From Bacillus subtilis subsp. subtilis str. 168 (GTDB lineage Bacteria > Bacillota > Bacilli > Bacillales > Bacillaceae), in the NCBI RefSeq assembly GCF_000009045.1, contig NC_000964.3, positions 620,001 through 684,000 on the forward strand: a stretch of 64,000 bases of DNA, in the 5' to 3' direction. Below the pieces are notes generated by a model. It saw nothing but the letters and a program-made list of their open reading frames with translations. It was not told the origin of the DNA and made no database searches. Below, in pieces: positions 44,775 to 54,836 of this stretch. Both the position numbers and the translations under genes were made by a program. Within the stretch, counting starts at the first letter, position 1; each line of letters opens with the position of its first letter.

Positions 44775-47264
44775 CTACTCGTTTTCTTTAGTTGCCCTTG
44801 CTAATCGTTCAACCTCTCCCCGAATCCCAATCGCAGGCTCCCACGAATCAATCAAACGAATCGCCTTCTGATTAGATTCCACCGCTTTCGTTTTCTCTCC
44901 TTTACGATACAACAGCTGCGCCATTCCGTAGTGATAGTAGATCAGTTCAACTTGATTGGCGTTATGTTTGTCATAGAGCATTTGCTCAAAGGCTTCTTCC
45001 GCTTTTTCAAACTGATCACATTTCACGTAAGCGACACCCAGATTGAAATAGGCTTCTATCGTTTTTTCGCCGCCGTATGTGGAGCTGATTTCATTTGCCG
45101 CTTCGTATAATTGAATGGCTTCTACATGATAACCTCTCGCAAAGCTTAAGTCACCGCGAACCAATAGAACTCTGTGTTGAATGGTAGGGGAAATCGGTTG
45201 ATTTTCGATTTCGTTTAAAATTGTCTCTGCTTTTTCCTGTTGCCCGTCTTTTAAAAACAGCCTTGCTTTGAGTGCATGTCCCCAAACCTTTAGATCATAG
45301 GCATCGTGAGCGTCTGATTGTTCAAGAATCTTCAGCCCGGCTTCTATTTGCTGAAGCGCTCCGTCTAAATCATTGACTTCCATCAATGCCCAGCCTGAGG
45401 TGTCGATTCGGAAGTACGCTTCTCGTGTGTGTTGGCCTAAGTGATGGGCGGCGTCGGCCGCTTTGCGTCCGTATTCGATTCGCAGGGGCAGGTTGATTCT
45501 GCTTAGAAAATGGCTAATGCGGGTGATGAGTTCGATTAGGATTTCTTTTTGTTCAGTTTCACTTGCCCATTGGATGACCTTTAAGATGTTTGGCCATTCT
45601 TGTTTCATTTGATCTAAGTTCCGTCCCAGCAGGTAGCTCCAATAGATAGAGTTGGGCTGTTCCCGCTTTAAATGGGTTTCGGCATAATCAATATAATAGT
45701 GCGCCCAGCGATTGCGGGCTTCTTTTTCATATTCGTGCTGTTCGGACAAGTGCTGTTCTCCGTAAGCGACAACGGTTTGGTGCGCTAAGTATTGTGTCCT
45801 GCCTTGGCTTCGTTCCGGCTGAATCAGCGCATATGACCGCATTTGTTCCATAGCGTAATGAAAACGGCGGGCGTCTAATCCGGCTGCTGCCGCCAGGCTT
45901 TTTTCATCAGGCGGCTTGCTGAAAAAGCAAAGCGTCTGCCAGAGCTTTCGCGTATCTTCATTGCATCTATCCCAGGTGCGGCCAAAGAGGAATTCAAACA
46001 ATTCCAGCAGTGAGTAGCCTGCTTTTCCAAGCTCATGAATCAGCTGCTGAGCGGGGATGTCATCGTCTGACATATAGGCAATGCTGAGTGCCATGGCTTT
46101 CGGGTTTCCGGCAGTCGCTGAAATGAATTCGTTTTTCAGGTCAGATGATAGATGTAACAGCTGCTCCAGCTTTTCCCGTTTACGTGGGAGGTTGCATGTT
46201 TGTAAGCAGTGATGCACTTCTTGTTGAAAAAATTCGTGGGCATCTGTTTGGTCAAGACCGCTTAGCTGAATGGCTGTCATTTCTCCGAAGCTTTCCCGAT
46301 AAGTTTGCTTTACGTTTTCCCGCGCTGTAAGGAGAACTTTTACGCCTTGCGGAAGGCTGGTGATAAATTCATGAATGTCACGTTCTGCAGTATCAATGCT
46401 GTCAACGATCAGCAGGATCGGTTTTTCTCTAGTGTAATTGGCTAACGCATTGCGGACGACAAACCGTTTTACATTGATTGATTTATCGATTTGTTCTTTG
46501 CGTCCGAGCTGATAGGCGATCGTATTTAAAAAATCGCTAAAGCTTAATCCTTTCCAATCAGCGCTGACCCAGATGATGCTGTTGAATGCCGGCCAAACTG
46601 AAGTATCGTCGACACAGGAATAGGCGGCTTCAAGAGCAATTGTGGTTTTTCCCATGCCGGCCCAGCCGGTGATTAAACAGACTGGTGATGGAGAAAGCAT
46701 CCATTGCCGTATCGCTTCCATATCAAAGCTGCGTCCGATAAAGCGTCCGGACCAGCGTGAGGGTAAATTATGCGTGATGGGCTGTTCTGTAAGCGCATTC
46801 GTTTCTTGGCCGGGTCTGTCATGAAACAGCCGTTTTACTACATTTTCAATTTCGCCTTCACTCGGAGCCCCGAATAATCCGTCTTTTCGCAGTATTTTCG
46901 CTTTTTTCAAACAGGATGCTGCCCATACAGGCAATGCGGGTTTGATGACTGGGATAGTGGTGGCTTCCAGCAAGTCGGTCAACCACTCGATATCCAAGTC
47001 GGTCTTTTCGAGAATGATCCAGATCATTCCGAACAGTTTTCCGTCGTCGATTCTTCCGGGAATGTAGTTTGCCCCCATCTGTCCGATCCAGCTTTTGATC
47101 GTGTTTGGGGAGACTCCCAGCTGGAGTGCGATTTTATCTATGTAAGACTGTCCTGTTTTTTCATTCTTTTTCCTTCTGACTTTATAATCAGGATGAAGTT
47201 TTAGCGTTTTGACGCCAGGTGCCAGCATTTGTGCAAATTGTTTTCGGTTTTCAAGTTCAGCCAT
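44775..47264 (-). CDS. gutR: glucitol operon activator: HTH + STAND/NB-ARC ATPase + TPR
   Basis: HTH IALQLGVSPNTIKSW; Walker A GWAGMGKTT; Walker B LLIVDSID; GNP motif; C-terminal TPR-like repeats; divergent from gutB. Confidence 0.93.
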   Translation of the reverse strand: MAELENRKQFAQMLAPGVKTLKLHPDYKVRRKKNEKTGQSYIDKIALQLGVSPNTIKSWIGQMGANYIPGRIDDGKLFGMIWIILEKTDLDIEWLTDLLEATTIPVIKPALPVWAASCLKKAKILRKDGLFGAPSEGEIENVVKRLFHDRPGQETNALTEQPITHNLPSRWSGRFIGRSFDMEAIRQWMLSPSPVCLITGWAGMGKTTIALEAAYSCVDDTSVWPAFNSIIWVSADWKGLSFSDFLNTIAYQLGRKEQIDKSINVKRFVVRNALANYTREKPILLIVDSIDTAERDIHEFITSLPQGVKVLLTARENVKQTYRESFGEMTAIQLSGLDQTDAHEFFQQEVHHCLQTCNLPRKREKLEQLLHLSSDLKNEFISATAGNPKAMALSIAYMSDDDIPAQQLIHELGKAGYSLLELFEFLFGRTWDRCNEDTRKLWQTLCFFSKPPDEKSLAAAAGLDARRFHYAMEQMRSYALIQPERSQGRTQYLAHQTVVAYGEQHLSEQHEYEKEARNRWAHYYIDYAETHLKREQPNSIYWSYLLGRNLDQMKQEWPNILKVIQWASETEQKEILIELITRISHFLSRINLPLRIEYGRKAADAAHHLGQHTREAYFRIDTSGWALMEVNDLDGALQQIEAGLKILEQSDAHDAYDLKVWGHALKARLFLKDGQQEKAETILNEIENQPISPTIQHRVLLVRGDLSFARGYHVEAIQLYEAANEISSTYGGEKTIEAYFNLGVAYVKCDQFEKAEEAFEQMLYDKHNANQVELIYYHYGMAQLLYRKGEKTKAVESNQKAIRLIDSWEPAIGIRGEVERLARATKENE

Positions 47265-47323
47265 AAGCCTGCACCTCCTATTAGTACTATTTTATCAATC
47301 CAGCGTTTTTTGTATATGAAAAA

Positions 47324-47352
47324 ATAAAAGTACAGTGCCGCTGTCCTTTTAT
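47324..47352. promoter_or_regulatory. GutR operator
   Basis: ATAAAAGTACAG-tgccg-CTGTCCTTTTAT, an 11/12 inverted repeat upstream of the gutB -35. Confidence 0.85.
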
Positions 47353-47368
47353 ACAGCAGGAAAGGCTG

Positions 47369-47435
47369 TTGAACGTGTTAAAAAGCAGATAAAATGGGGG
47401 CAGTAACAGAGAAAACAAAAATGTATGCACTTACA
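47369..47435 (+). promoter_or_regulatory. gutB promoter (short 15-bp spacer) and cre
   Basis: TTGAAC-15-TAAAAT; cre-like TGTATGCACTTACA at 47422-47435. Confidence 0.7.
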
Positions 47436-47465
47436 TTTTATTTTCTAAAGAAAGGAACTTGCCAA

Positions 47466-48527
47466 ATGACTCACACAGTACCTCAAAACATGAAAGCGGC
47501 TGTTATGCACAACACAAGAGAGATCAAAATTGAAACATTGCCTGTGCCTGATATCAATCATGATGAAGTGTTGATTAAGGTGATGGCTGTCGGAATTTGC
47601 GGATCTGATCTGCATTACTATACAAATGGCCGAATAGGCAACTATGTTGTGGAAAAACCATTTATCCTTGGGCATGAATGTGCGGGTGAAATTGCCGCTG
47701 TCGGATCATCTGTCGATCAATTCAAGGTGGGAGACCGCGTCGCTGTAGAGCCGGGTGTTACGTGCGGACGCTGTGAGGCGTGCAAAGAAGGACGCTATAA
47801 TCTTTGCCCGGATGTACAGTTTTTGGCTACACCGCCGGTAGACGGTGCGTTTGTCCAATATATTAAAATGCGTCAGGACTTTGTTTTTTTAATCCCAGAC
47901 TCACTTTCTTATGAAGAAGCTGCTTTGATCGAGCCGTTTTCTGTCGGTATCCATGCGGCGGCCAGAACGAAGCTACAGCCCGGATCAACGATTGCGATTA
48001 TGGGGATGGGCCCTGTTGGGTTAATGGCTGTTGCCGCAGCTAAAGCATTTGGGGCAGGCACAATCATTGTCACCGACTTAGAGCCGCTGCGGTTAGAAGC
48101 TGCGAAAAAAATGGGAGCGACTCACATTATTAATATACGTGAACAGGATGCACTTGAAGAGATTAAAACGATCACGAATGATAGAGGCGTTGATGTTGCT
48201 TGGGAAACAGCAGGGAATCCAGCGGCATTGCAATCCGCACTGGCTTCTGTGCGCCGGGGCGGAAAATTGGCGATTGTCGGTTTGCCTTCACAGAACGAGA
48301 TTCCGCTCAACGTGCCGTTTATTGCGGATAATGAGATTGATATTTACGGGATCTTCCGTTATGCCAATACGTATCCAAAGGGAATCGAATTTCTTGCTTC
48401 AGGCATTGTGGACACGAAGCATCTAGTAACGGACCAATATTCGCTGGAGCAGACGCAAGATGCGATGGAGCGGGCGCTTCAATTTAAGAATGAATGTTTA
48501 AAAGTGATGGTGTATCCAAATCGCTGA
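47466..48527 (+). CDS. gutB: sorbitol (glucitol) dehydrogenase
   Basis: GICGSDLH, GHE, structural Zn CGRCEAC...C and GMGPVG motifs; ATG at 47466 after AAAGGA. Confidence 0.95.
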   Translation: MTHTVPQNMKAAVMHNTREIKIETLPVPDINHDEVLIKVMAVGICGSDLHYYTNGRIGNYVVEKPFILGHECAGEIAAVGSSVDQFKVGDRVAVEPGVTCGRCEACKEGRYNLCPDVQFLATPPVDGAFVQYIKMRQDFVFLIPDSLSYEEAALIEPFSVGIHAAARTKLQPGSTIAIMGMGPVGLMAVAAAKAFGAGTIIVTDLEPLRLEAAKKMGATHIINIREQDALEEIKTITNDRGVDVAWETAGNPAALQSALASVRRGGKLAIVGLPSQNEIPLNVPFIADNEIDIYGIFRYANTYPKGIEFLASGIVDTKHLVTDQYSLEQTQDAMERALQFKNECLKVMVYPNR

Positions 48528-48600
48528 GTGAACAGGGAGGATCTTCGTATTCTCCCTCTTGTTTACTGGAAATGAAAACGGATTCTTGGGGTGGGAAATG

Positions 48601-49992
48601 ATGATTGGAACAGAAAAAGTAACGGCATTGAAGGCGAAGCATCAGTCAAAATCCAGCACCGGCCTGTCCTGGTTTGAACGAATCGGTTATGGATTCGGCG
48701 ATATGTCGTATAATATTATCTTTCAGTTTGTAAACGCATACTTATTATTTTATTATACAGACGTCGGCGGCATTCAGCCTGCGGTAATCGCAACTTTGTT
48801 TCTTGTTGTGCGTGTGCTGGATGCTATTTTTGACCCGATCATGGGATTGATTTTAGATAAAACGAATACAAGGTGGGGAAAAGCAAGGCCATATTTGCTG
48901 TGGGTGGCATTTCCTTTTGCGCTATTCACATTCTTATGTTTCACGACGCCTCATTTCGGTGAGACCGGAAATATGGTATATGCGTATGTCACTTATATTC
49001 TGCTTGGGATGTCCTTTAGTATGCAAACGATCCCGGTGAACAGCTTAACGGGGCGGATGACGAATTCGGTGGAGGAACGAACGGTTCTGACCACAACCCG
49101 GATGATTTTGGTGTATATCGGCATTCTTTTATCCATTTCCTGTGCGACACCGCTTGCAACTGCTATCGGAGGAGAGGATCAGGCGTTTGGATTTCAGATG
49201 ACGGCGCTCATCTATGCGGCTGTCAGCATCGTTTTGAATCTATTTAGTTTCTTTACTGTACGGGAGCGGATTCAGCCTAAAAAGAGAAAAAAACAAGGGA
49301 TCAAAAAGACGTTATCCGTTTTATTCAAAAACAAACCCTTGCTCATGTTAATTTCATCATTTTTGGCTTTTGCGATCGGGTTTAATATTAAGCTCAGCAC
49401 GATGGTGTATTATTTTACGTATAACGTAAACCATAAAGAGTTCGTGTTTATGGGCACCGTTTTATTTTTCGGGGCAGCGCTGATCAGCAATTTGTTTATT
49501 CCTTTCTTTTCTGAGAAGTGGGGCAGAAAACAAGTCATGATTATCACGGCAGCTCTATCGCTTATTTCTTATGCCGGCCTGCATTTTACGCCGTATTCTT
49601 CAATTCCACTCATTTTCATTTGGCTTTTCGCTTCGGGATTTTTCACAACGCCTTTAAATACGCTTGCTTGGGGAATGGTTGCGGATTGCGTCGATTATGC
49701 GGAATGGAAAACCGGAATTCGCGCGGATGGTGTTGTGATTTCGAGCATGAGCTTTATTAATAAGCTGGGTGTTGCGTTAGCCGGGTCATTTTCGGCCATT
49801 TATTTAGGAATCGCCGGGTATGTGGCGAATACAGACCAGACAGTTGCGTCGTTGAATGCGATTAAAAATATGAATGCTTTGATTCCGGGATTTTTCATTT
49901 TGCTTTCTATTATTCTTATCGCCTTCTATCCTTTAACGGAAAAAAGATATAAACACATCATCTCTGAGCTGGAGCAAAGGTCTGCGAGATAA
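48601..49992 (+). CDS. gutP: GPH-family glucitol symporter
   Basis: [21 protein letters not shown] and [15 protein letters not shown] motifs. Confidence 0.92.
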
Positions 49993-50086
49993 ATAGATGT
50001 AAAATTTTTAATATTCAATGTTGTATTTATGGCAAAAAGTAATATACTGAGACTGTAATCTAGACTTTATAAATGAGTGTGATAAT

Positions 50087-51049
50087 ATGCGTAGTCATTC
50101 TGTAGTTTGTATTGGGGAATTGTTGATTGATTTCTTTTGTACCGATGTTGACGTTGATTTAATGGAAGGGCGCCAATTCCTGAAAAGTGCCGGCGGGGCA
50201 CCGGCGAATGTGTCGGCAGCGATTGCCAAGCTGGGCGGAGACGCCGCTTTCAGCGGAAAAGTAGGAAAGGATCCGTTTGGGTATTTTCTGAAGCGAACAT
50301 TGGACGCTGTACATGTCGATACCTCTATGCTGGTGATGGATGAGAAAGCGCCTACAACGCTTGCTTTTGTTTCATTAAAACAAAATGGAGAGCGTGACTT
50401 TGTTTTTAATAGAGGCGCGGACGCTTTGTTTACGCTGGAGGACATTGACCAGGAAAAACTAAACGAAGCGAAAATCCTTCATTTCGGCTCTGCGACGGCA
50501 CTGTTATCGGATCCGTTTTGCTCAGCCTATTTACGGTTGATGTCGATTGCGAAAGACAATGGACAGTTTATTTCGTTTGACCCTAACTACCGTGAAGATT
50601 TATGGAGGGGAAGAGTCTCAGAGTTTGTAAGTGTTGCGAAAAAAGCGATCGCTGTAAGTGATTTTGTGAAAGTCAGTGACGAGGAACTTGAGATTATCAG
50701 CGGTGTGAAGGATCATGAAAAGGGAGTTGCGATCCTTCATGAGATCGGAGCCAACATTGTCGCTGTGACACTTGGGAAAAGCGGAACGCTTCTTTCCAAT
50801 GGAAAAGACCGTGAAATCATTCCAAGCATTCCGGTGACATCAATTGACTCAACAGGGGCGGGAGATGCTTTTGTCGGTGCGGCTTTATATCAATTGGCAA
50901 ACACGGATCAGATTCAATCTGTAGATGCTGATTTTGTGAAACTGCGTGAGATTGTGGCGTTTGCCAATAAGGTCGGAGCTCTTGTGTGCACTAAAATTGG
51001 AGCGATTGATGCACTGCCGAGTTTGGATGAGATTGGAGTTTCTTTGTAA
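50087..51049 (+). CDS. ydjE: PfkB-family fructokinase
   Basis: GGAPANV, FDPNYR and [11 protein letters not shown] motifs. Confidence 0.92.
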
Positions 51050-51173
51050 ATCATTGAAGATGTTTCTTGAAAGTCTTTGGACTTTTGGGGGCATCTTTTT
51101 TTATTGCTTACATTTTTGTTCAGGTAAAAAGTTGTATATTTTTTGTTTGAAATGTCATTTTTTATTAAAAAAG

Positions 51174-51200
51174 TGAAACTTTTAACGATAATAAATAGTA
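51174..51200 (+). promoter_or_regulatory. SigW-type ECF promoter for pspA-ydjGHI
   Basis: TGAAAC-N17-AGTA. Confidence 0.7.
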
Positions 51201-51244
51201 TATGTAACAAGGGTTACCGAATTAGCTTTAGGAGGAACGATATA

Positions 51245-51928
51245 ATGAGTATAATTGGAAGATTTAAAGATATTATGTCTGCGAATATCAATGCTTTATT
51301 GGACAAGGCTGAAAATCCGGAGAAAATGGTAGATCAATATTTAAGAAATATGAATAGCGATTTGGCTAAGGTTAAGGCAGAAACAGCAGCTGTTATGGCT
51401 GAGGAGCAGAGAGCAAAAAGAGAATATCACGAATGCCAGGCGGATATGGAAAAGATGGAAAGCTATGCAATGAAGGCGCTGCAAGCCGGGAATGAGAGCG
51501 ATGCGAGAAAATTTCTTGAAAGAAAAACATCTTTGGAGTCAAAGCTTTCTGAGCTGCAGGCGGCGAATCAAATTGCTGCAACCAATGCCGCACAGATGAG
51601 AAAGATGCATGACAAATTGGTATCTGACATTGGAGAGCTGGAAGCACGCAAAAATATGATCAAGGCGAAGTGGGCAGTAGCGAAAACGCAAGAAAGAATG
51701 AACAAACTGGGCGCTTCTGTTTCAAGTACAAGCCAATCAATGTCTGCATTCGGCCGAATGGAGGACAAAGTAAATAAGGCACTTGATCAGGCCAATGCAA
51801 TGGCTGAACTGAACAGCGCTCCGCAGGATGATATGGCTGATCTGTCTGCAAAGTATGACACTGGCGGTTCAAGCCAGGTTGATGATGAACTTGCGGCGTT
51901 AAAAGCGAAAATGATGCTCGATAAGTAA
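51245..51928 (+). CDS. pspA: phage shock protein A (PspA/IM30, ESCRT-III-like)
   Basis: ATG 51245 after AGGAGG; SANINALLDKAENPEKM motif, long coiled coil, VDDELAALKAK end. Confidence 0.95.
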   Translation: MSIIGRFKDIMSANINALLDKAENPEKMVDQYLRNMNSDLAKVKAETAAVMAEEQRAKREYHECQADMEKMESYAMKALQAGNESDARKFLERKTSLESKLSELQAANQIAATNAAQMRKMHDKLVSDIGELEARKNMIKAKWAVAKTQERMNKLGASVSSTSQSMSAFGRMEDKVNKALDQANAMAELNSAPQDDMADLSAKYDTGGSSQVDDELAALKAKMMLDK

Positions 51929-51993
51929 TACATAGGAGGCCGCAGCTTTCGGCTGCGGCGTCATTTTATCATAAAATGTGAGAGGGAACGGTA

Positions 51994-53019
51994 ATGATAA
52001 TATCTTATAAGTGTCCGAACTGCGGCAGTGATATGGCATTTGACAGTGAAACCGGCTCGTTATCCTGCAGCAGCTGCGGAAGACAGGACAATATTGAAAG
52101 CCTTCCGAAAGAAAACATTGCGGCACGGTTTTCTGATGATGAAGCAAAAGAATATCAATGTAAAAACTGCGGTGCCGTTTTGATCACGGAAGCTGAAACG
52201 ACAGCAACGACGTGCAGCTTCTGCGGAGGTGCTGCAATACTTGCCGATCGTTTATCAGGACATTTGGCGCCGGCGAAGGTCATTCCATTTACAATCAGCA
52301 AGCAAGAAGCGGAGCAGGCATTTCGAAAGTGGTGCAAAAAAGGCCTTCTGACACCAAGAGGTTTCATGTCTGCTGATCGTATCAAAAGCATCACCGGCAT
52401 GTATATTCCATTTTGGATGTTTGATTTAAATAGTGAAGTACAGGTGAGAGCAAACTGTACCAGAGTCCATCAATATGAAGAAGGGGATTATATTTGCACG
52501 GAAACAGAGCACTTTGAAGCGTTTCGTGATATCAATCTCGATTATTTGAAAATCCCTGTCGATGCCTCTGAAAAAATGAAAGACGAATTAATGGACAAAT
52601 TGGAGCCTTATTCATACGAAGAGCTGAAGGACTTTCAAACGGCATATTTGGCCGGTTATATTGCGGAAAAGTACAATTATACCGATGAGGAGCTTTTTCC
52701 GAGGGCAAAAGAGAAAATCAGCAGTTATATAGATTCATACATCCATTCTACTTTTTCCGGATATACGTCAGTCAATGTGAGGGACAAACATATTCACACG
52801 AAAAACGTGAACAGCTTTTACGTTTTGCTTCCTGTTTGGATGGTCAGTTACGATTATGAAAGAGCGGAGCATATCTTTGCGATGAACGGGCAAACAGGAA
52901 AGGTCGTTGGAAAGCCGCCGATCAGTCGAGGAAAAGTGGCTGCATGGTTTAGCGGAATAGCAGGCGGGACATTTCTTGCGTTGAAGCTCGTCTCATTGAT
53001 GATGGGAGGCGGATTTTGA
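51994..53019 (+). CDS. ydjG: double zinc-ribbon membrane protein
   Basis: CPNCG..CSSCG and CKNCG..CSFCG; MNGQTGKVVG motif; C-terminal TM helix. Confidence 0.88.
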   Translation: MIISYKCPNCGSDMAFDSETGSLSCSSCGRQDNIESLPKENIAARFSDDEAKEYQCKNCGAVLITEAETTATTCSFCGGAAILADRLSGHLAPAKVIPFTISKQEAEQAFRKWCKKGLLTPRGFMSADRIKSITGMYIPFWMFDLNSEVQVRANCTRVHQYEEGDYICTETEHFEAFRDINLDYLKIPVDASEKMKDELMDKLEPYSYEELKDFQTAYLAGYIAEKYNYTDEELFPRAKEKISSYIDSYIHSTFSGYTSVNVRDKHIHTKNVNSFYVLLPVWMVSYDYERAEHIFAMNGQTGKVVGKPPISRGKVAAWFSGIAGGTFLALKLVSLMMGGGF

Positions 53020-53783
53020 TGCGTGGATTTTTTGGGAAAGCGATCTTTGTTGTGCTGGCTGTTTTCATCATGATGCCTTTACTGGGTATCGAAGCGGTAA
53101 GAGCCTCTGAATTGCAGCAGCATGTGTACGATCGCGCTCATCTATTGTCAAAAGCGGAGATCGGAAAACTTGAATCTCTCTCGGCAAAGCTGGGTGCAAA
53201 GAGGGACACTGATTTCATCATTATTACGACCAAAAGCACAAACGGTGAAGATATTGCAGACTATACCGGCGATTTTTATGATCGTTACGGAAAAGGCAGT
53301 ACAGCCATTCTGACGATTGATATGACAAACAGAGAAGTGTTTATCGCAGGCTTTAAAAAAGCCGAACAGTATTTGGACAACAGCAGGCTCAATAGCATCA
53401 GAAATACGATTTCATCTGATTTATCCAATGAAAATTATTTTGAAGCTTTTGAGACATATATTCAGCTTTCCTATAAAGATATGGGCATAAAACCGGGAGT
53501 AAACCCTGACAACATATTCTTTACATGGTGGTTTCAGCTGATTGCTGCCATCGCAGTCGGGGGAATTGCGGTTTCAATCATGCTTTATCATGCAGGCGGC
53601 AAAGTAACGGTTAATGGAAGTACATATATGGATCAGCGTACGTCTGATGTGATTGATCAATACGACACTTATATTAGAACGACTGTAACAAGAGAAAGAA
53701 AACCATCAGATAAAGACAGCGGCAGCGATGGCGGTGTTACGAAAGGCGGCACGTCATACAGTGGGAGCCGGGGCAGTTTTTAA
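53016..53783 (+). CDS. ydjH: TPM-domain membrane protein
   Basis: Signal peptide, VYDRAHLLS TPM start, TM helix, Gly/Ser tail ending GSRGSF. Confidence 0.85.
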   Translation: MMRGFFGKAIFVVLAVFIMMPLLGIEAVRASELQQHVYDRAHLLSKAEIGKLESLSAKLGAKRDTDFIIITTKSTNGEDIADYTGDFYDRYGKGSTAILTIDMTNREVFIAGFKKAEQYLDNSRLNSIRNTISSDLSNENYFEAFETYIQLSYKDMGIKPGVNPDNIFFTWWFQLIAAIAVGGIAVSIMLYHAGGKVTVNGSTYMDQRTSDVIDQYDTYIRTTVTRERKPSDKDSGSDGGVTKGGTSYSGSRGSF

Positions 53784-53813
53784 ATGTAAGAAATAGAGAA
53801 AGGGAGAGGCGTA

Positions 53814-54785
53814 ATGTCGTTTTTCAGAAATCAATTAGCGAATGTAGTAGAGTGGGAAGAATTTAGAGATGATATGATTTTTTATAAATGGAACAATCGT
53901 GAAATCAAAAAAGGGAGCCGTTTAATCATTCGTCCCGGACAGGATGCTGTCTTTTTGAACAATGGGCGGGTTGAAGGAGTCTTTCAAGATGATGGCGATT
54001 ATGATATTGAATCAGAAATTATTCCATTCCTTTCAACGTTAAAGGGCTTTAAGTTTGGCTTTAACAGCGGCATGCGAGCTGAGGTGCTGTTTGTCAATAC
54101 GAAGGAATTTACCGTAAGATGGGGAACAAAACAGGCGATAAATATTCCGGCAGCGGGAATGCCAGGCGGGATGCCCATTCGCGCAAACGGCACATTTAAT
54201 TTCAAGGTGCAGGACTATATCAGCCTGATTGATAAAATCGCTGGCGTGAAAGATCAATATTTTGTAGAGGATATTAAAACCCGTATCATTTCTATTCTGG
54301 ATCAGCTTCTCATGAAGTGGATCACAAGAGAAGGGAAAGATATGTTTAATCTTCAAGCAAACGCTTTTGATATTGCCAAGGGAATTCAAGAGGACTTAGA
54401 TATGCAATTAATAAGCGACGGGATGACGGTCACTGGTTTTCAAATCATGAGCTTTAATTATCCTCAAGAGGTTCAAGATATGATTACAAAGAACGCTTCC
54501 TACGGTATGGTTGGGGATGTGAACAGATACCAGCAAATATCAATGACGGATGGAATGGCATCCGGAAAGATGAGCGGAAGCGGAGCGGCTTCGGATATGG
54601 CTGGAATGATGATGGGAATGAATATGGCCAATCAGATGATGAACCAAATGAATCAGAATCAGCAGGCACAGTCATCAGGCCCACAGTCAACTGGCAGCGG
54701 AAGCAAACCGAATTTCTGTCCAAACTGCGGAACAAAAACGGGCGAAGCCAATTTTTGTCCGAATTGCGGCCAGAAGCTTGTATAA
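53814..54785 (+). CDS. ydjI: SPFH/band-7-like protein with C-terminal zinc ribbon
   Basis: GSRLIIRPGQDAVF and EVLFVNTK segments; Met/Gln-rich linker; FCPNCG...FCPNCGQKL. Confidence 0.85.
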   Translation: MSFFRNQLANVVEWEEFRDDMIFYKWNNREIKKGSRLIIRPGQDAVFLNNGRVEGVFQDDGDYDIESEIIPFLSTLKGFKFGFNSGMRAEVLFVNTKEFTVRWGTKQAINIPAAGMPGGMPIRANGTFNFKVQDYISLIDKIAGVKDQYFVEDIKTRIISILDQLLMKWITREGKDMFNLQANAFDIAKGIQEDLDMQLISDGMTVTGFQIMSFNYPQEVQDMITKNASYGMVGDVNRYQQISMTDGMASGKMSGSGAASDMAGMMMGMNMANQMMNQMNQNQQAQSSGPQSTGSGSKPNFCPNCGTKTGEANFCPNCGQKLV

Positions 54786-54799
54786 GAATCATACAGTGA

Positions 54800-54836
54800 A
54801 AAGTCCGGAGTGATCAGCACTCGGGACTTTTTTATT
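54800..54836. terminator. terminator ydjI/ydjJ
   Basis: AAAGTCCGGAGTG-atcag-CACTCGGGACTTT plus T tract. Confidence 0.75.
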
